Notes under the pieces: generated by a model
What the model saw: the letters and a program-made list of their open reading frames with translations, nothing else
Database searches by the model: none
Told to the model about the DNA's origin: nothing
In this document: positions 38,901 to 51,963 of the stretch, in pieces
How the letters are laid out: each line of letters opens with the position of its first letter
Numbering within the stretch: the stretch's first letter is position 1
Position numbers and translations under genes: made by a program
From: Balanoglossus misakiensis
Taxonomy: Eukaryota > Animalia > Hemichordata
Direction of reading: 5' to 3'
Assembly (NCBI GenBank): GCA_040954595.2
Contig: CM082576.2
Coordinates: forward strand, 5,430,760-5,494,759
DNA: 64,000 bases

Positions 38901-40573
38901 ACGCTGAACATATAATCCAACGTAGCCTGTTTAGCTGGACGAGTTGTTATTCCCAAAGTTATGAAACTGGGTAGCTCCAGAATCTGTGCAATTCCCACAC
39001 AATCTCAGTGCATCTCATGCCGAGATCGAAAAAAAAAATGTTTCTGGGTGGTCAGTGAACGTATATGCCCGTGGTGAGCTCCCTAGGTTAAGTTAATATT
39101 TGACAGTCAAGGCCACAGGAAATTGAGAGAAAAATTCACCACACCTTCGTGGGGAAGAAAAGCCCCCGCAAGGAGGTTTTTCTTCAGGTATGCAACTCCT
39201 TTTCATTTGGTAAAATAATCTCATTTCTCCTGTGACCTTCATCCACAGGATGTAATTCAAGTAGTGTAAGCAGGACAGATGCTGAGTGCGTCACACCACA
39301 CCTGCAACTCGTGGAAATTTTGCGTTGAGCTCAACTGGTATGTTCTGGCTTGTGGTTTGCGGTATTTCTCTACTCTCCATTGGAGTTTTAAACCCTTTTA
39401 CCATACCACAGCAATTTGCTCACTTGGTCAGTGGCATGGTATGGTTTGGTTTGACCTGTGCACACACGGCGGTTACGGGGTTAAATGCAATGCATCTTTA
39501 AGGGGAGAATTCTTCCATGCGGTGATTTATGAAATTAATGATGCAATTTATTAGTTGAAATGAACAAAACACCTAAGTTTGCATCAGGTGGAAGGTATTG
39601 GACAGGTATCGATACCTGCGTGATAGGCCCTGGTAATTGGCAGAAATCTCTTAGTGTCATAGGTAGGACCTACTGACCTGAGTGATATGGCATTTCAACA
39701 GATACAATTATGATTCTCTTTACTTGTTTTCTCTGTTACAAGGCAGAAATAGAAAGTTCTAACATTTACATACATATTGAACCCCATTTAGAAGGTTATT
39801 TCAAGAGCCGCGTGGGGACCTCACCTGAATCAACTAGGTACTTGCAATTTCACCAACACTGGAAGTTTATCTAGCGCACAAAGCTCTTATTTACTTGTAC
39901 TTGAGATCTCAGGAGATTTTGTAATAACAAACTGTGTCTCACCTGCCCCCGCCATGTTTCTGTGTTATTTTTTCTCCCTCATCAGAATAGGTAACATGAG
40001 AAGTATTGACATAGGTGCAGTACATGTATTTTGTTTGTGGCTCATTGCTATTACCCACCTTGTAATTTATAAACTCAGCGATGTTAGAAATCAAATGCGT
40101 TGTACATGCTGAACACATGCGAGTTATTTGGTTAGTTCATGTTAATGCAATGATATACCCGCGGAGGGGATGTCTGGTACATAATAGAGGGTTGGGGCAA
40201 CGATGAACTTATCATTAGAACTTTATAAAACCTGTTCAGGTGCACGTCGTCATTGCATTTATCCAGCTTTGGTAGTTTAGATTGTCTTCTGAAATGTAGT
40301 GGTTGAACAGAACTACTTTACAATGCCATAACTACATGTATAATATGAAATGTTTCATCAGCAACTAAATTTGTATATCATTTTGTGTGTAAGTAAGTTC
40401 TGGTTCTTTGAAATACATATGCACTGTCTCCAGTTTAAAAATAGGGTAAAAGACAAGGACACTGTATGTAGTTTCATACATTCTCATTGGTGATATTCTT
40501 GTCTTCTTTGTCTCCATTTTCAGGTTGAGAGAATCTGTTGTGAGATCGATGTAAGCCCAGTTGAAAAACCACC

Positions 40574-43500
40574 ATGGCTAGTAGTAGCATAGTCGGCTAC
40601 ATTTCCACGCTGCTTGCTGATTCCATCTTCCACAGTGGTGATGTCCAAGCCACTGGCATAGCTGTGGGCATTGTCTGCATGTTGTCCTGCTCGCTGGTGT
40701 GTCTTCTCGTCAGTCTGATATTCGGCAAACCTCCGGCGACGAGCAAGAAGAAGAAAAGTACCGCAGTTATACTCAGTAGGGCTTCGTCATGTCGCATAGG
40801 AAGGAGACCGTCTATGGTAAGAATGTTTTGTACGGTGACCCTAACACTCTGGGAAATTAACCAATTTCACTTTTCTTGCGAAGAAATTCTTACTCTTCAC
40901 ATCATTTCAAATTTCACATTACTGACGAGTCTAAAAATTCTCAAGTGGGTTGGTGACTGTTTTGCAACTTCCTTCAAACCATCATCAGTGCGTCATTACT
41001 GATTCTGTGTGGGTGGATAAGTATGCGCTGATGAAATCGCTTAATGTAGTATTAATGCCTGCAAGGCCGGTGATATTTCACTATTGACAAGATAAAATCT
41101 TAAGTGGCTTAGTCTGAAATCACTGATTCTTTATTCTGGATGCGAGAAGGTATAGTTAGACAAGTTGTGGAATCTTTTTATCTTGTATTATAAAGAATTA
41201 AATTCTAAGGGGAAGTCAGAAACAGAATTTTTTTGCCCAACCTATCTCGTGGTAGGCATTGCAGGACATGTGTGTGAAACAAATTTCTTGTTTTCATTGT
41301 ACAGGTGCATATTACTCGCAAGAAAGGTGTACGGATAGGCAGAGCTCCCAAGCAAGCCAAACAAGTCATACTGTCATGTAGAGAACTTCCTAAGCAACTC
41401 AATAATGTACCTTGTGTCGTTTGTAACGTCGTTGCAGCTAAAAAGAATTGCAGGTGAGACCATGGAGAAAAGTCATTATTCTCTTTGAAAGGTCTAAGTG
41501 TCCTCATCCTTTTCCTATGAATGTGTTTCAGCTTAATATTAGCTTTATCAGATGATACTGCTGGTTATGAGAGAATAACCACAGTAAAATTCATTTTGAT
41601 AATCATGACATGTGAAGAAGTCTATGAAGGTGAAAATGTGTATAAATGATCGCTCCAGTCATCTGCACACAAACATCATATTGAACCAGGGAAAATAAAG
41701 TTGTCAGTGACAGCATAGTCAGAGACAATTCTCACAGCCCTCCCTTGTGGTAACTCCACCCATCAGGTATTCAAGATGTGGTGCATGTTGCCGTGCCAAC
41801 AAAGCATCCATATGCCACGCCCATGGTACAGGTGGCACTGCAGCCCAGGGCATAGTGGAAGGTGCTTGTGATGATAAACCTATGGAGCTAGACCTCAGGT
41901 GAGATATACGGCATAGGTAGCCATAGTTAGCCACAGATATGTCTCACTAACGTCTAGCAAAGTGTGAGATGAACAAGACTAACATGTGTGGTCTAACCTT
42001 TGTCTCAGAACAGCTGCAAAACAATAGTCTTCAAATGATACATTCTGCTAAATACTAAGAAGTCTGGGGTGAACACGTGGGGGCGCTGTTCTCTAAGATG
42101 TTCTTCCCTAGTTATGTGTCCTTTCAAGTTCTTGTTGTTCTTGTAGGTTTCATGCAAATATTTTGATTATTTATGCAGATTGAAGTGAATAAACAATTTA
42201 CAATGTATATTTTTCACAACTTTCAGTTACCTCAACCTGAAGAATTGTCCGGACAGAATTGGTTACATAGGAGCACAACTAGTTAGTCTCAACCTGTCCA
42301 ACAACAGAATCCATGCATTACCCGAAGAAGTGGGATTCCTCAGAGGTCTAGAGGAGTTGTTCTTGCAGTATAACTGTCTGACAGAGATTCCTGTAAGTTT
42401 TCATACTTTGTGGTGAGCTGTTTAGTTTACTCTGAAAAATACCATGGCGACCGAGCTTTATTTTGAATTCCATAAACTATGACAGCCATTTGATTATAAT
42501 GATTTTCGCTGAATTTGTCTCTGTGATAAAAAAAAAAAATGGCCGCTTTCAAAACATAATTTTTAGTTTTACCCACATGGGTCTGATTGAAGGTCCCTCT
42601 TTGCTGTAAATATTTATGGTCTACACCATTTTCTTTCTGCACAGGAGAGTCTAGGGAACTTACAGAAGTTGGAAGAGCTGGATTGTAAAAACAACAGAAT
42701 TAAAAAGCTGCCAGACTCGCTGGGAAATATGACATCACTCAACATACTGAACGTGACAAATAACATGCTGCAAACATTTCCCAGTTCTGTTGGGAAATTG
42801 GTGGAACTTGAAGAATTATGTGCACAGTGAGTACAGCCACACATTGATGTGTGTGTGTATCAAGGTTTCATGGATGCTGTATAAACACACTTACATGTAT
42901 ATGTTGGATCGTTGGTTTAACAGTAACCAATGCATCTACAAACCATAGTTTCTTGCATGGAGAACAATGACTATTGTTTACTGTAGACTAATGTTTTAGC
43001 AAAACTAGGTGAACAGGTTTATTTTTTCCATTTTGTTTTCCACATTGTTTTTGAATAGTAACATGTCATTAATTATAAAGTAACTTACATATTGTTCCCC
43101 ATTTATTTTTCAGTTCCAACCAACTAACTGAATTACCAGATGAAATTTGTAACTTAATCAATTTAACTGTAAGTAATACTGCCAGTGTGTTAATCTCTGT
43201 CCAGAGTTTGGTGATGAAACGAATTATGATCTTTGCCATGATAGTGATCATAATCAATGTTATACATATTGTAAATTAGCATAACTCATCTTACTGTTAG
43301 GTACATACGAATGATGGCTCTCATTCTGGATTACCTTATGAAAGTGATATTTGTCACTTGCTATGCAGTGAAAAATTGCAATTAACTTTAAAAGGATGGT
43401 GTTTAGATCTTATATATTCAGATAGAGTAACTGATGCTGATCACAGCAGTACTTTTTATCTTTTAACAGACCCTATACTTAGGAGAAAATAGACTGACAG

Positions 43501-44816
43501 AGTTACCCAAGAATATTGGTAATTTAGTGAGGCTAGCTGAGCTAGATGTATCGTCTTGCGAATTAGTCTATCTACCAGACTCGCTATCCAGATGTACCTC
43601 GTTGGTCAGAGTATGGCTCTCAAATAATAAGTAAGTATCAATCCTGTGAATTTTATTCTCTGAACCTTGTTATTTTGATCACTGGATGACATTGGGTTTA
43701 TTAAGAGCAGTTGTGTTGTTGTCACATAATTCAGGTACTGATAACAACTCTCAAAGGTTTCATATGCTGTAGTTCCCTCTAATAATGAGCAAATCTCAAT
43801 CTGTTGTGTTTCTGTTTAATCCCTAGGTTGAAAGCCATACCAGATCAGATGGGAAGATTGAATCAACTCAAAGAGCTCCACGTGCGCAATAATCAGATCA
43901 TGTACTTTCCTGCATCGCTTTCGTATCTTCAGTTGTACACCTTCAGTGGTAAGACTCTTATATCAGTATTACAGTGGCTTGAAATAAACACCCCACTTTG
44001 TGTAGTTCTTTAGCATTCTGCTCTCATACCTAAATTTGCCTACAGAAAAATTCTCAAAACAATACTGTATTGTACAATACAATACAAACAGAACAGTACA
44101 GGTACAATGCAGGTGAGTAATTTTGATATCTTGACAGTGGACATTAGTCACTAAATCTGGGAGATTATCAGTGCAAATGCAATAACACTTTCTAACTTAC
44201 TAGCGTTTGCAGTAATTGTTTCATTTCCCAGTGGACTAATTTTTTTATGCCTCTTGCATCTCTATCTTCAGCCAACCACAATGCGCTCATAGACGAGTGG
44301 AATTTAGAAGCCAGACAAGCCATCACAGTAGAACCATCAAGCGACATTCCACCGCTGTTAGAATTTGCAGCTAGAACCCTGATCAGACACGATGTACCTT
44401 GGACCAAAGAGGATATACCAGTGGAACTTGTAGGTCAGTATATGCAGAATGGAAATCTCTGTCAGAGTCTGTCTTCCTGTTCTTTCAATATGCTGCTCCA
44501 AGCACATGTATGTCTACTTTATCATGTGATTCGTCACATTATACATGTTGCCTAATATTGTGTGATATTTACTAGACAAGCCAGTCTTCATTCCTGCTTT
44601 GTAAAACTTGAATCGTAAAATATAGTCTCTACTCTTTCTTCGTCAGATATGCTGCATAATGTCAGACAGTGTTCCAGCTGCGAGGGCCCCTTCTTCAGAC
44701 ACTACAAGTCGGAGCTTGTCTTCAGCAACGTAGGAGTGTTTCACCGAGTGCCTCTCTACCAACAGATCTGTTCGCCGTACACAAACACACACTGTCAGCC
44801 AGTGGACACCAAATGA
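40574..44816 (+). CDS. Transmembrane + Cys/His zinc finger + LRR + BC-box protein (LRRC58-like C-terminus), 513 aa, 10 coding exons
   Basis: Exons 40574-40816, 41305-41453, 41767-41898, 42227-42392, 42645-42826, 43114-43168, 43470-43630, 43827-43948, 44272-44433 and 44647-44816, all GT-AG with consistent phases (1542 nt). Kozak ACCACCATGG with an upstream in-frame TGA. About 10 SHOC2-type LRRs, then PPLLEFAARTL and CSSCEGPFF..RVPLYQQICSP. Confidence 0.88.
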
Positions 44817-47126
44817 TCTTACACCTGGGTCCTTACTGTGCCTTTTAATCAGCAACTACTAGTCTTACACACAGGAGGAACAGTCACAGTGGTGGACATA
44901 TTCAGGACTGTCCATTTCATGTCAGAGATATCTCACAATTTGACGCAACTGGGGGGAAATCCTGCGAGCTGCACTTAGTACTCAATACTGCATTTCGGTC
45001 AAGAAATTTGTATCTCTATTATTGTGTATAAAATGCTGATCGTACATGTAATCAAGTGACTCTAGCCACCGGGCCAGTGTGGAATATCACCATAGTCCAG
45101 ACTCCTCAGCAGGACGGGTGAACAATGATTGACATATTTCAGGACAAGTCGTGTTTATCTCAAAAGACAAATCATGTGTTGAATACAGTTCGGGAAAATT
45201 TATATTTACATCGAGTATCAACACCAGTGGTGGGTTAAGTTGCCAAACAAGTCACCAACAACTCAGCACACTGGTTCAGTTTTATACCATGTACATGTAC
45301 CGGTATAATGTTCACAATAATGGTTTATGTATGACAATGTTTTCAAATATTTTACCATATTGAACTTTATTTCCATAAAGATGTTATGTATTTATTCAAT
45401 AGCCATGGAAATGCAAGATGTATAAACTCAGTAACCATGAAGATGTTTTACTGTCAACTCAGTTTAAATACTACCGAGCAGCTACTTGTAAAGTGTATAA
45501 AATTTGGTCACAATATAAATTTATGCATTAAAGGATCTTCACTATTGAGATATACAGATGATGTTAACAGTTATTACACAAGTTATCTTGTGCTTAACTT
45601 TATCTTGCAAAACCTTGCCAACATGAACTCTTCGAAGGCACCTGTCAGCTGTTTAATGAACTGCTTGATTTTTGTTGTGCAACTACCAATTATTTTCAAT
45701 TTTGAGGGTTGATCTTCCTCATCCAAGCAACAGAGCTAGCACTTCGCTTGTCACATTCATGTTTATATGTTATTTCTTGGGAATTTTAGAGTACATTAAA
45801 TACATACAACTTCAGAAGCACACCTTTTTTTACAAAACTTTCTGGTGCTTTTTTACAACTTTGCAATTGACAATGTGCAATTTTCTTCTTAGGGATTTTT
45901 TGATTGTAGTATGGTGTACATTTGACTTTCCATCCAAGAATATGTAAACAATAATAAGTCAGTATAGCATCAATAGATTGATCATTCCAATTGCAATCTT
46001 TTAAACATTGTATGTTTGCTGTATTTGTTAGTATCAGTGGCCTGTAAGTGCTTACTTCTGTTGATATGGTCAGTAATTGCATGCTCTTGCAAGTATGCAT
46101 GGATGTCAAGATAAGTGTTTGTAGATTTAGTTTTATTTTGTTTTTTTAGGAAATTTTTCTTCATTCTTCTGCAATTTTTATCAGGCAGCTAACTGTGGAA
46201 GCATCTCAACATAAAAGAAGACCGTACAGATATTCAAAACTGTGCAATTTTTAAGTGTTTCTTTTTTAAATACTCTGCAATTAAGACAAATTATTCTTGA
46301 AAGCGAGATGCTAAGGTATTTGTAAATTTTTTTTTTTTGCAGTTCTGACAGTAAGAATTCACAAGTGTCTTTTATGTGTCATTTTAAATTTTCCGTGATA
46401 ACTTTGTACACGGTTTTCTTTGTGTACATACTGTTATTTTATCTGATACACGAATTTCCTCAAAAAATTCACAATGTTACCATTAAACATGCAGTGATTC
46501 ACAATCTTTACAGGGACAATTAAGTGTGTTTCAAGTTTGGGACACTTATGTGGCGGATACACAATGTGCCATTAATGGGGATTGAGCGGAAAGGCAGAGC
46601 TTTTTCTGCCCTCGGCAATCAATGCAAAAAATGTGTCTATTTTATTTGTATGTCACAGCTTTTACAGAGAGGAGTATCCTCATCAAGATCAAATTGTTGT
46701 TCATGGTTATTATGTTGTTTTTATCAGACTGGATCGTCAGTAACCTCTTTCAAGACTTATATTTATTGAGTACTGGTAATGTGGAAACAGTTGCACAGAG
46801 CAATAAAGGAAAATTCAAATTGCAGTGTTTTGCCAGTGTGTGTTTGACTTCAACCTCTTGTGTGCATGCCAAATCCTATGGATATGTGCCATGTGTCACC
46901 ATAGAAACAGACTTCCATATTATGAAGTCACCGTGCTTCAGTCACATGGCTCTGCATTCTCTCAATCTTCCCGCCAATTTCTGATGCTGTGACCTCTAAC
47001 AGCCTGGCAGCTTTTTCTTCAAACTGCAACCGGCAGCAGTTTCTAAGCGTGTCATTGGGTGGTCCAAGTCACATGACTGAACACACACGCGATTATCAAC
47101 TCATTCTGACAAACCACCAAATCCGA

Positions 47127-49617
47127 TCAATGCGAGTATGTCTGCACTTTTGCCGGATCTGTAAATCTGACTGTAATTAAATAGAAGATGGCTGGTATGG
47201 GCACCAGAGCTAACATCGACAGATGCAGGACTACATTCTCAATTTGTGTAATGGAGATGATCCCATAGGCATGGGCCAGCCAGTGTCCAAAGAGAATCAC
47301 TATGTGTCTGGGTTTCTTCACAAGGTCCTTTACACCCTGCAAACAAACAAAAAGGTAAGTGTTAAATTTTCTGAACATACATTTACACAAACAATTAAAG
47401 CCATGATCTAAGTTTTGATGGACTTTCTCAGTGACTTGGATCATAGTGGACTGCCTATGCCTAGATAACGCCTACAAATCTATTAATGACAAAACAATTC
47501 CATGGTGATGACTTACTTCAATTTCTTGTTTTGCAAAGTGAAGAGCACTTGTAAACAAGGAGACTATGATGACAATGTATGGAAATGAGTAGTCTGAAAA
47601 AGGGACAAAAATGGCAAAAGCTATCATTATGATAAAATAAACAGCTGAGAAAGTGAAGTTGGGAAGTGCCTGGCCGGGAAACAAACTACATTTACAATGT
47701 ACATTGATTTTCCGTGAGTCTACCGGAAATAAAGACTGTAGAATTGCCAGTTTTGCAACATCTTGGAAGAGGCACACTTACAGATCAAACCAGCACCTAC
47801 AGCCTGTGTCACTGTCAGGATTGGTAGGAAGTACAACGCTGCATATATGGATGGTTTGCCGTAGTTTGTACAAAACTTAACAGCCAGGATTGGTCGAACC
47901 AACATCATACACACCAAAACAACGGCATAGTATATGAATACTATGGTATACCTACAAAGATAGAATGACAATGTGAACATTATTGCAGGGAAAATTCTTT
48001 GACATTTTTCCAAATTAGCTGTAGTCAAATGAAGATTTTTGGCAGGTTTGCCAAATTACCTCTAAACATTATGTTCAAATCAATTTCAAATACTATTGTT
48101 TTCCTTTGGTTGAACCATACTCCATTCACAGCAATGTAAGAATGGCAGGGTAACTTGGGTCTTCATTCACTTACAGTGGGTAAGCTGCTTCATGCGTACA
48201 GTGTAACTTTGACGTGTAGCCTGGGGAGGGATTAAACAGCATGGTGTACCAATCGGCCAAATTTGTGATTTCACACGACCGTATCTGTAATGAACCTGAA
48301 AAAAGATCAATAAATTCGGTGAATCAGTACACTGTCGTCATCATCATAGATTTCATTTGTTATTGTTGTTCTGTTGTATGATCTTAAAGCAAATCTGATA
48401 ATGTCTGTCACTTGATGGTGCTAAAATCTACCACTTTCTTTACACTCACCTAGGGGGTCCACCAGCAGTAAAGTCACAATGGCTGCTACTGCACATTCAA
48501 CTAATGCTGATACGTGCAAAATGAGAGCTCTGGCAAAATCAAAATCACATGACATTAGTGTTAATTAATGCATTCACAGCAACACTTCTGTACGTGTGGT
48601 TTAGTACCACGATTAATATGCTCAAAGTCACTCAAATTGCTGGAATCTCCAGGTGTTTTCCATTGTAGTAGTCAGGTTAAAATGGCACTTTATGAAGTAT
48701 TCTTTACGATAATTAACATTTTACTCCAGCATCAGTAGATGAAGCAATTTTTTGTCACTTTTCAGTGATAAATTTCATTTTTCCCGGAATTAGCATGAAT
48801 CTGGTTTAAAATTCCAGTCTTTTAGGATCAAGTTTCACCCACCTTTTTGTCTTGGCAAAGTACTCAATAAAGAACCAGTGTAAGACAAGGGCCAGTGATA
48901 CCATGAAGCCAAGGTACAGCCAGTCATAGAAGGTGGGTACATCATTACACAATGTACATATAGAGGATGCATTGGTTGTGTAGCCCCATGCACAGGCCTG
49001 CAAGATGAAAATAAATCAATACCCAACCACAAGAATAGGTTATCCTTGTATTTATACCATCAACCGACCATACAAGCTGGGATAAACATTTGCGAGAGAC
49101 TAGATATTTGAACTGCTGATAGACTATTGATTCAACAACTGACTACACTGAGTTGGAATATGTGTACTATAATAATAATTTATTTGTACCAAATTTTCAT
49201 TTGGTACCTTTCTGGTGACACAACTTTCACGCAAACCTCTTGAATATTACTCCAGTCACTTTAATAAATCGCAGTACAGAAGCAAAACATACCCCACATG
49301 GTCCAAAAGTACCATTCTCTAATTCATTTCTGCCACAGTACATTCCTGGACAAGATTTCACACCAATTTCAATGTCTGTGATTTCTGAAAATACAGAGAT
49401 GACAATTGTTAGATTGGCCAGGTTTTCTGTCACATTGTAATATTTCTTGTATCAAACCTTAAAATCTGACCAGTCATGTGAAATCTTTAGTCAATATTCT
49501 TATATGAGATGAGGTCTTATATGCAACACATATATACTGCATAGACAGTACCTCCAGTGTTGAAACTTCATTATACCCACCTTCATCATAGGGATATGGT
49601 CCTTGCTGTATTTTCAT
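47127..49617 (-). CDS. JKAMP: JNK1/MAPK8-associated membrane protein (ERAD-associated multi-pass ER protein)
   Basis: Exons 49384-49293 (CPGMYCGR), 48997-48843 (YDWLYLGFM..L.LHWFFIE), 48529-48450, 48295-48175 (DWYTMLFNPSP.Y...LHCTHEAAYPL), 47951-47782, 47593-47517 and 47336-47127 (FGHWLAHAYGIISI..FTDP). The start exon is uncertain: 49617-49581 fits the phase. Confidence 0.9.
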
Positions 49618-49779
49618 GTTCTTGTGTGGTTATCGTATGCAAATATCAAATAATAGTGAAGTCAAAAACTAAGTCACGTAACACATTCGGTGCGTAACAG
49701 CGTTTTCCTGCCGCCGCCAGTGCAGTGCCACAATTTTCGATAACATCAACAACTCAACCTGACATCTCTTACTGCTCTT

Positions 49780-49840
49780 ACGCCATATTGTACTTCCGGG
49801 TTGCTGTAGGTGCAAGGAGTGAACGGTAGGGGGCGCAATA
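49780..49840 (-). promoter_or_regulatory. JKAMP promoter / small CpG island (ETS, YY1-like and CTCF-like motifs)
   Basis: CCGGAAGT and AATATGGCG on the minus strand at ~49781-49799, and GGTAGGGGGCGC at ~49825-49836. Locally CpG-rich within CpG-poor DNA. Confidence 0.55.
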
Positions 49841-51963
49841 ATCCCGGCGCTCGTGCTCCCTTGAAACTGTTATGACTTTATACTCAAGATATTTTGTTGA
49901 CAAACTTCTGGGAACCCACTTTTATGTTTAAGAAATGCTTAAGAAATATAGAATCTAGATTTTATGATACATGACTATATGGGGGATGAGGAGAGAACTT
50001 CTACGACAAAATTCACTGAAACAACATTGCCTGTATAACCAGAATATTTTTTATTTTCATTTCATGGGTTTACAGTGTACAATTTACCTGGACAGAGTCA
50101 TTCACTATTTACACTTCTCTAAAATCTAAACACTGTTCCATGGAATGTTGCAATGTTTAGATCAAAGACTGATTTATGGTAATTGAAATTGGAATACAAA
50201 GCTGAAGTAATTTCCCCACAAAAAAAACTTTAAGCCCATCCCTAATGTCATAAAAATTACTTTCGTGTTTATATTCTTTGTTGACGACATCATCATTCTT
50301 GAGCAGCAAAATAGTTCCAATTTATTTTCAGAGTCTGTACCGTCTGATTGATAGCTATGTACTCAAAAAATGTGCGATTACAATTATTTTCATCTCTTAG
50401 AAACTGCATACTTTCCACTGCATGTCAACAGTGAGGTATCACATGATATGAGATCTGAATACTTGGCAAACTATGTATTCCATTCAGGAGATATCCGTAT
50501 GGCCTGCAGTCTTGGTTTATGCCCCAGTATTGCTTCACACAATGCCTGAATCCACTCATTCATACACACCAGCGTAAATTTCTATATAATACAACATTCT
50601 GAATGATCCAGTTCCGCACAGTTGCTTTCACCCAAACCCTGCAATGTTCCTGAATACCATTGTATTTGAAATATAACCAAAACTACAGCAACCCTGACAA
50701 CAGGAAGTAATTATGTGCCATAAAATAGGAAGGTTGGATCTACCTGGGGATACCAGTATATAATTGGTTCTAATCATTTCATCAGATGAAAACTGAAACC
50801 TCTCAACAACAGCTATTCATCTCTCTGTGTCTCCCTGCAGATATTGAAAACCATGGTTACCAACAGTCATGGAATGAACATCAGTGCTTCAGAAAAAAAA
50901 AAGAGTTGTTTAACAATTAATATTGATCACATGCACTATTATTTACATCTTATATTTATCCTTACAAATCCAAACCACAAAATAGTGGATGTTGGTTTGT
51001 GCATGCTAATAAAAAAACATTTTCAGTCAGTAAAGTAAATCTGAATGAAAAACAGTGGTGGTACTGATAGCAATAATGCCAATAAATCTCCCAGGAAGAC
51101 ACAACATTGAGGCGACATACTTAATGGTGGAGACGGTTGTTTCAACCATGATTGTAATTCATCAATAAACTGGCTGAATTTAAGAAATGTAAAAATTATG
51201 GAAAACTGCATTGTGAAGTACATACATTCAGAGAAAGAAGAAATACACCAAAATGCTCTCATGCGTGCAACATATACAAGGACAAAACAAGCAAGCTTGA
51301 ACTCTGACCCAAAGGTTTGTATTTCACCAAGAAAGTGTCTTCATTCTCACCAGGTGATATATCTACAAATTTATGGTCTGTTTCCTGCCACAACACAAAA
51401 GCTCAGTACACTGAATCGCTGCGTTGATCAATGACAGACAGAGGTACATAGTTTCCAGACGTCAATTTTACTTCCTATTTATATGGCCGTCATTCTTGAA
51501 GCAATCAATGAATAAAATGTAACCTTATAGAAAAATGAAGTCAACTGATAAACAATGAGCTGCTATGAATAAAAGAAGACACTCGCCAAAAAAGGGAGAC
51601 ATGCACATGACAGTACTATATCTTGTGAAATATAAGTTAGCTAGTGCGTTTATATATAAAAAATGTCTAAAGGTTATGTTCAACTTTAGACATTAAGCTA
51701 CAGCAGCATTCCTTTCCCTCAATATCTCTTAATTTTCACATCACAATACCATCACTTGTGCAATTTCATATTGCTGTGACATCACTTCCTGTGAAGCTAT
51801 GAAAATGACATCACTTCCTGCCAAGATGGCAGACCAATACTGATTCTCTATCAAAAATTTGGATATCTTGTCAATATGTTGAGTCCATAATTTGTTTCAG
51901 AATTCTGAAAATATAAGTTTTATCAAGAGTTCTGCAAAACTTTTTTCAGAGTACACGTGTCCT

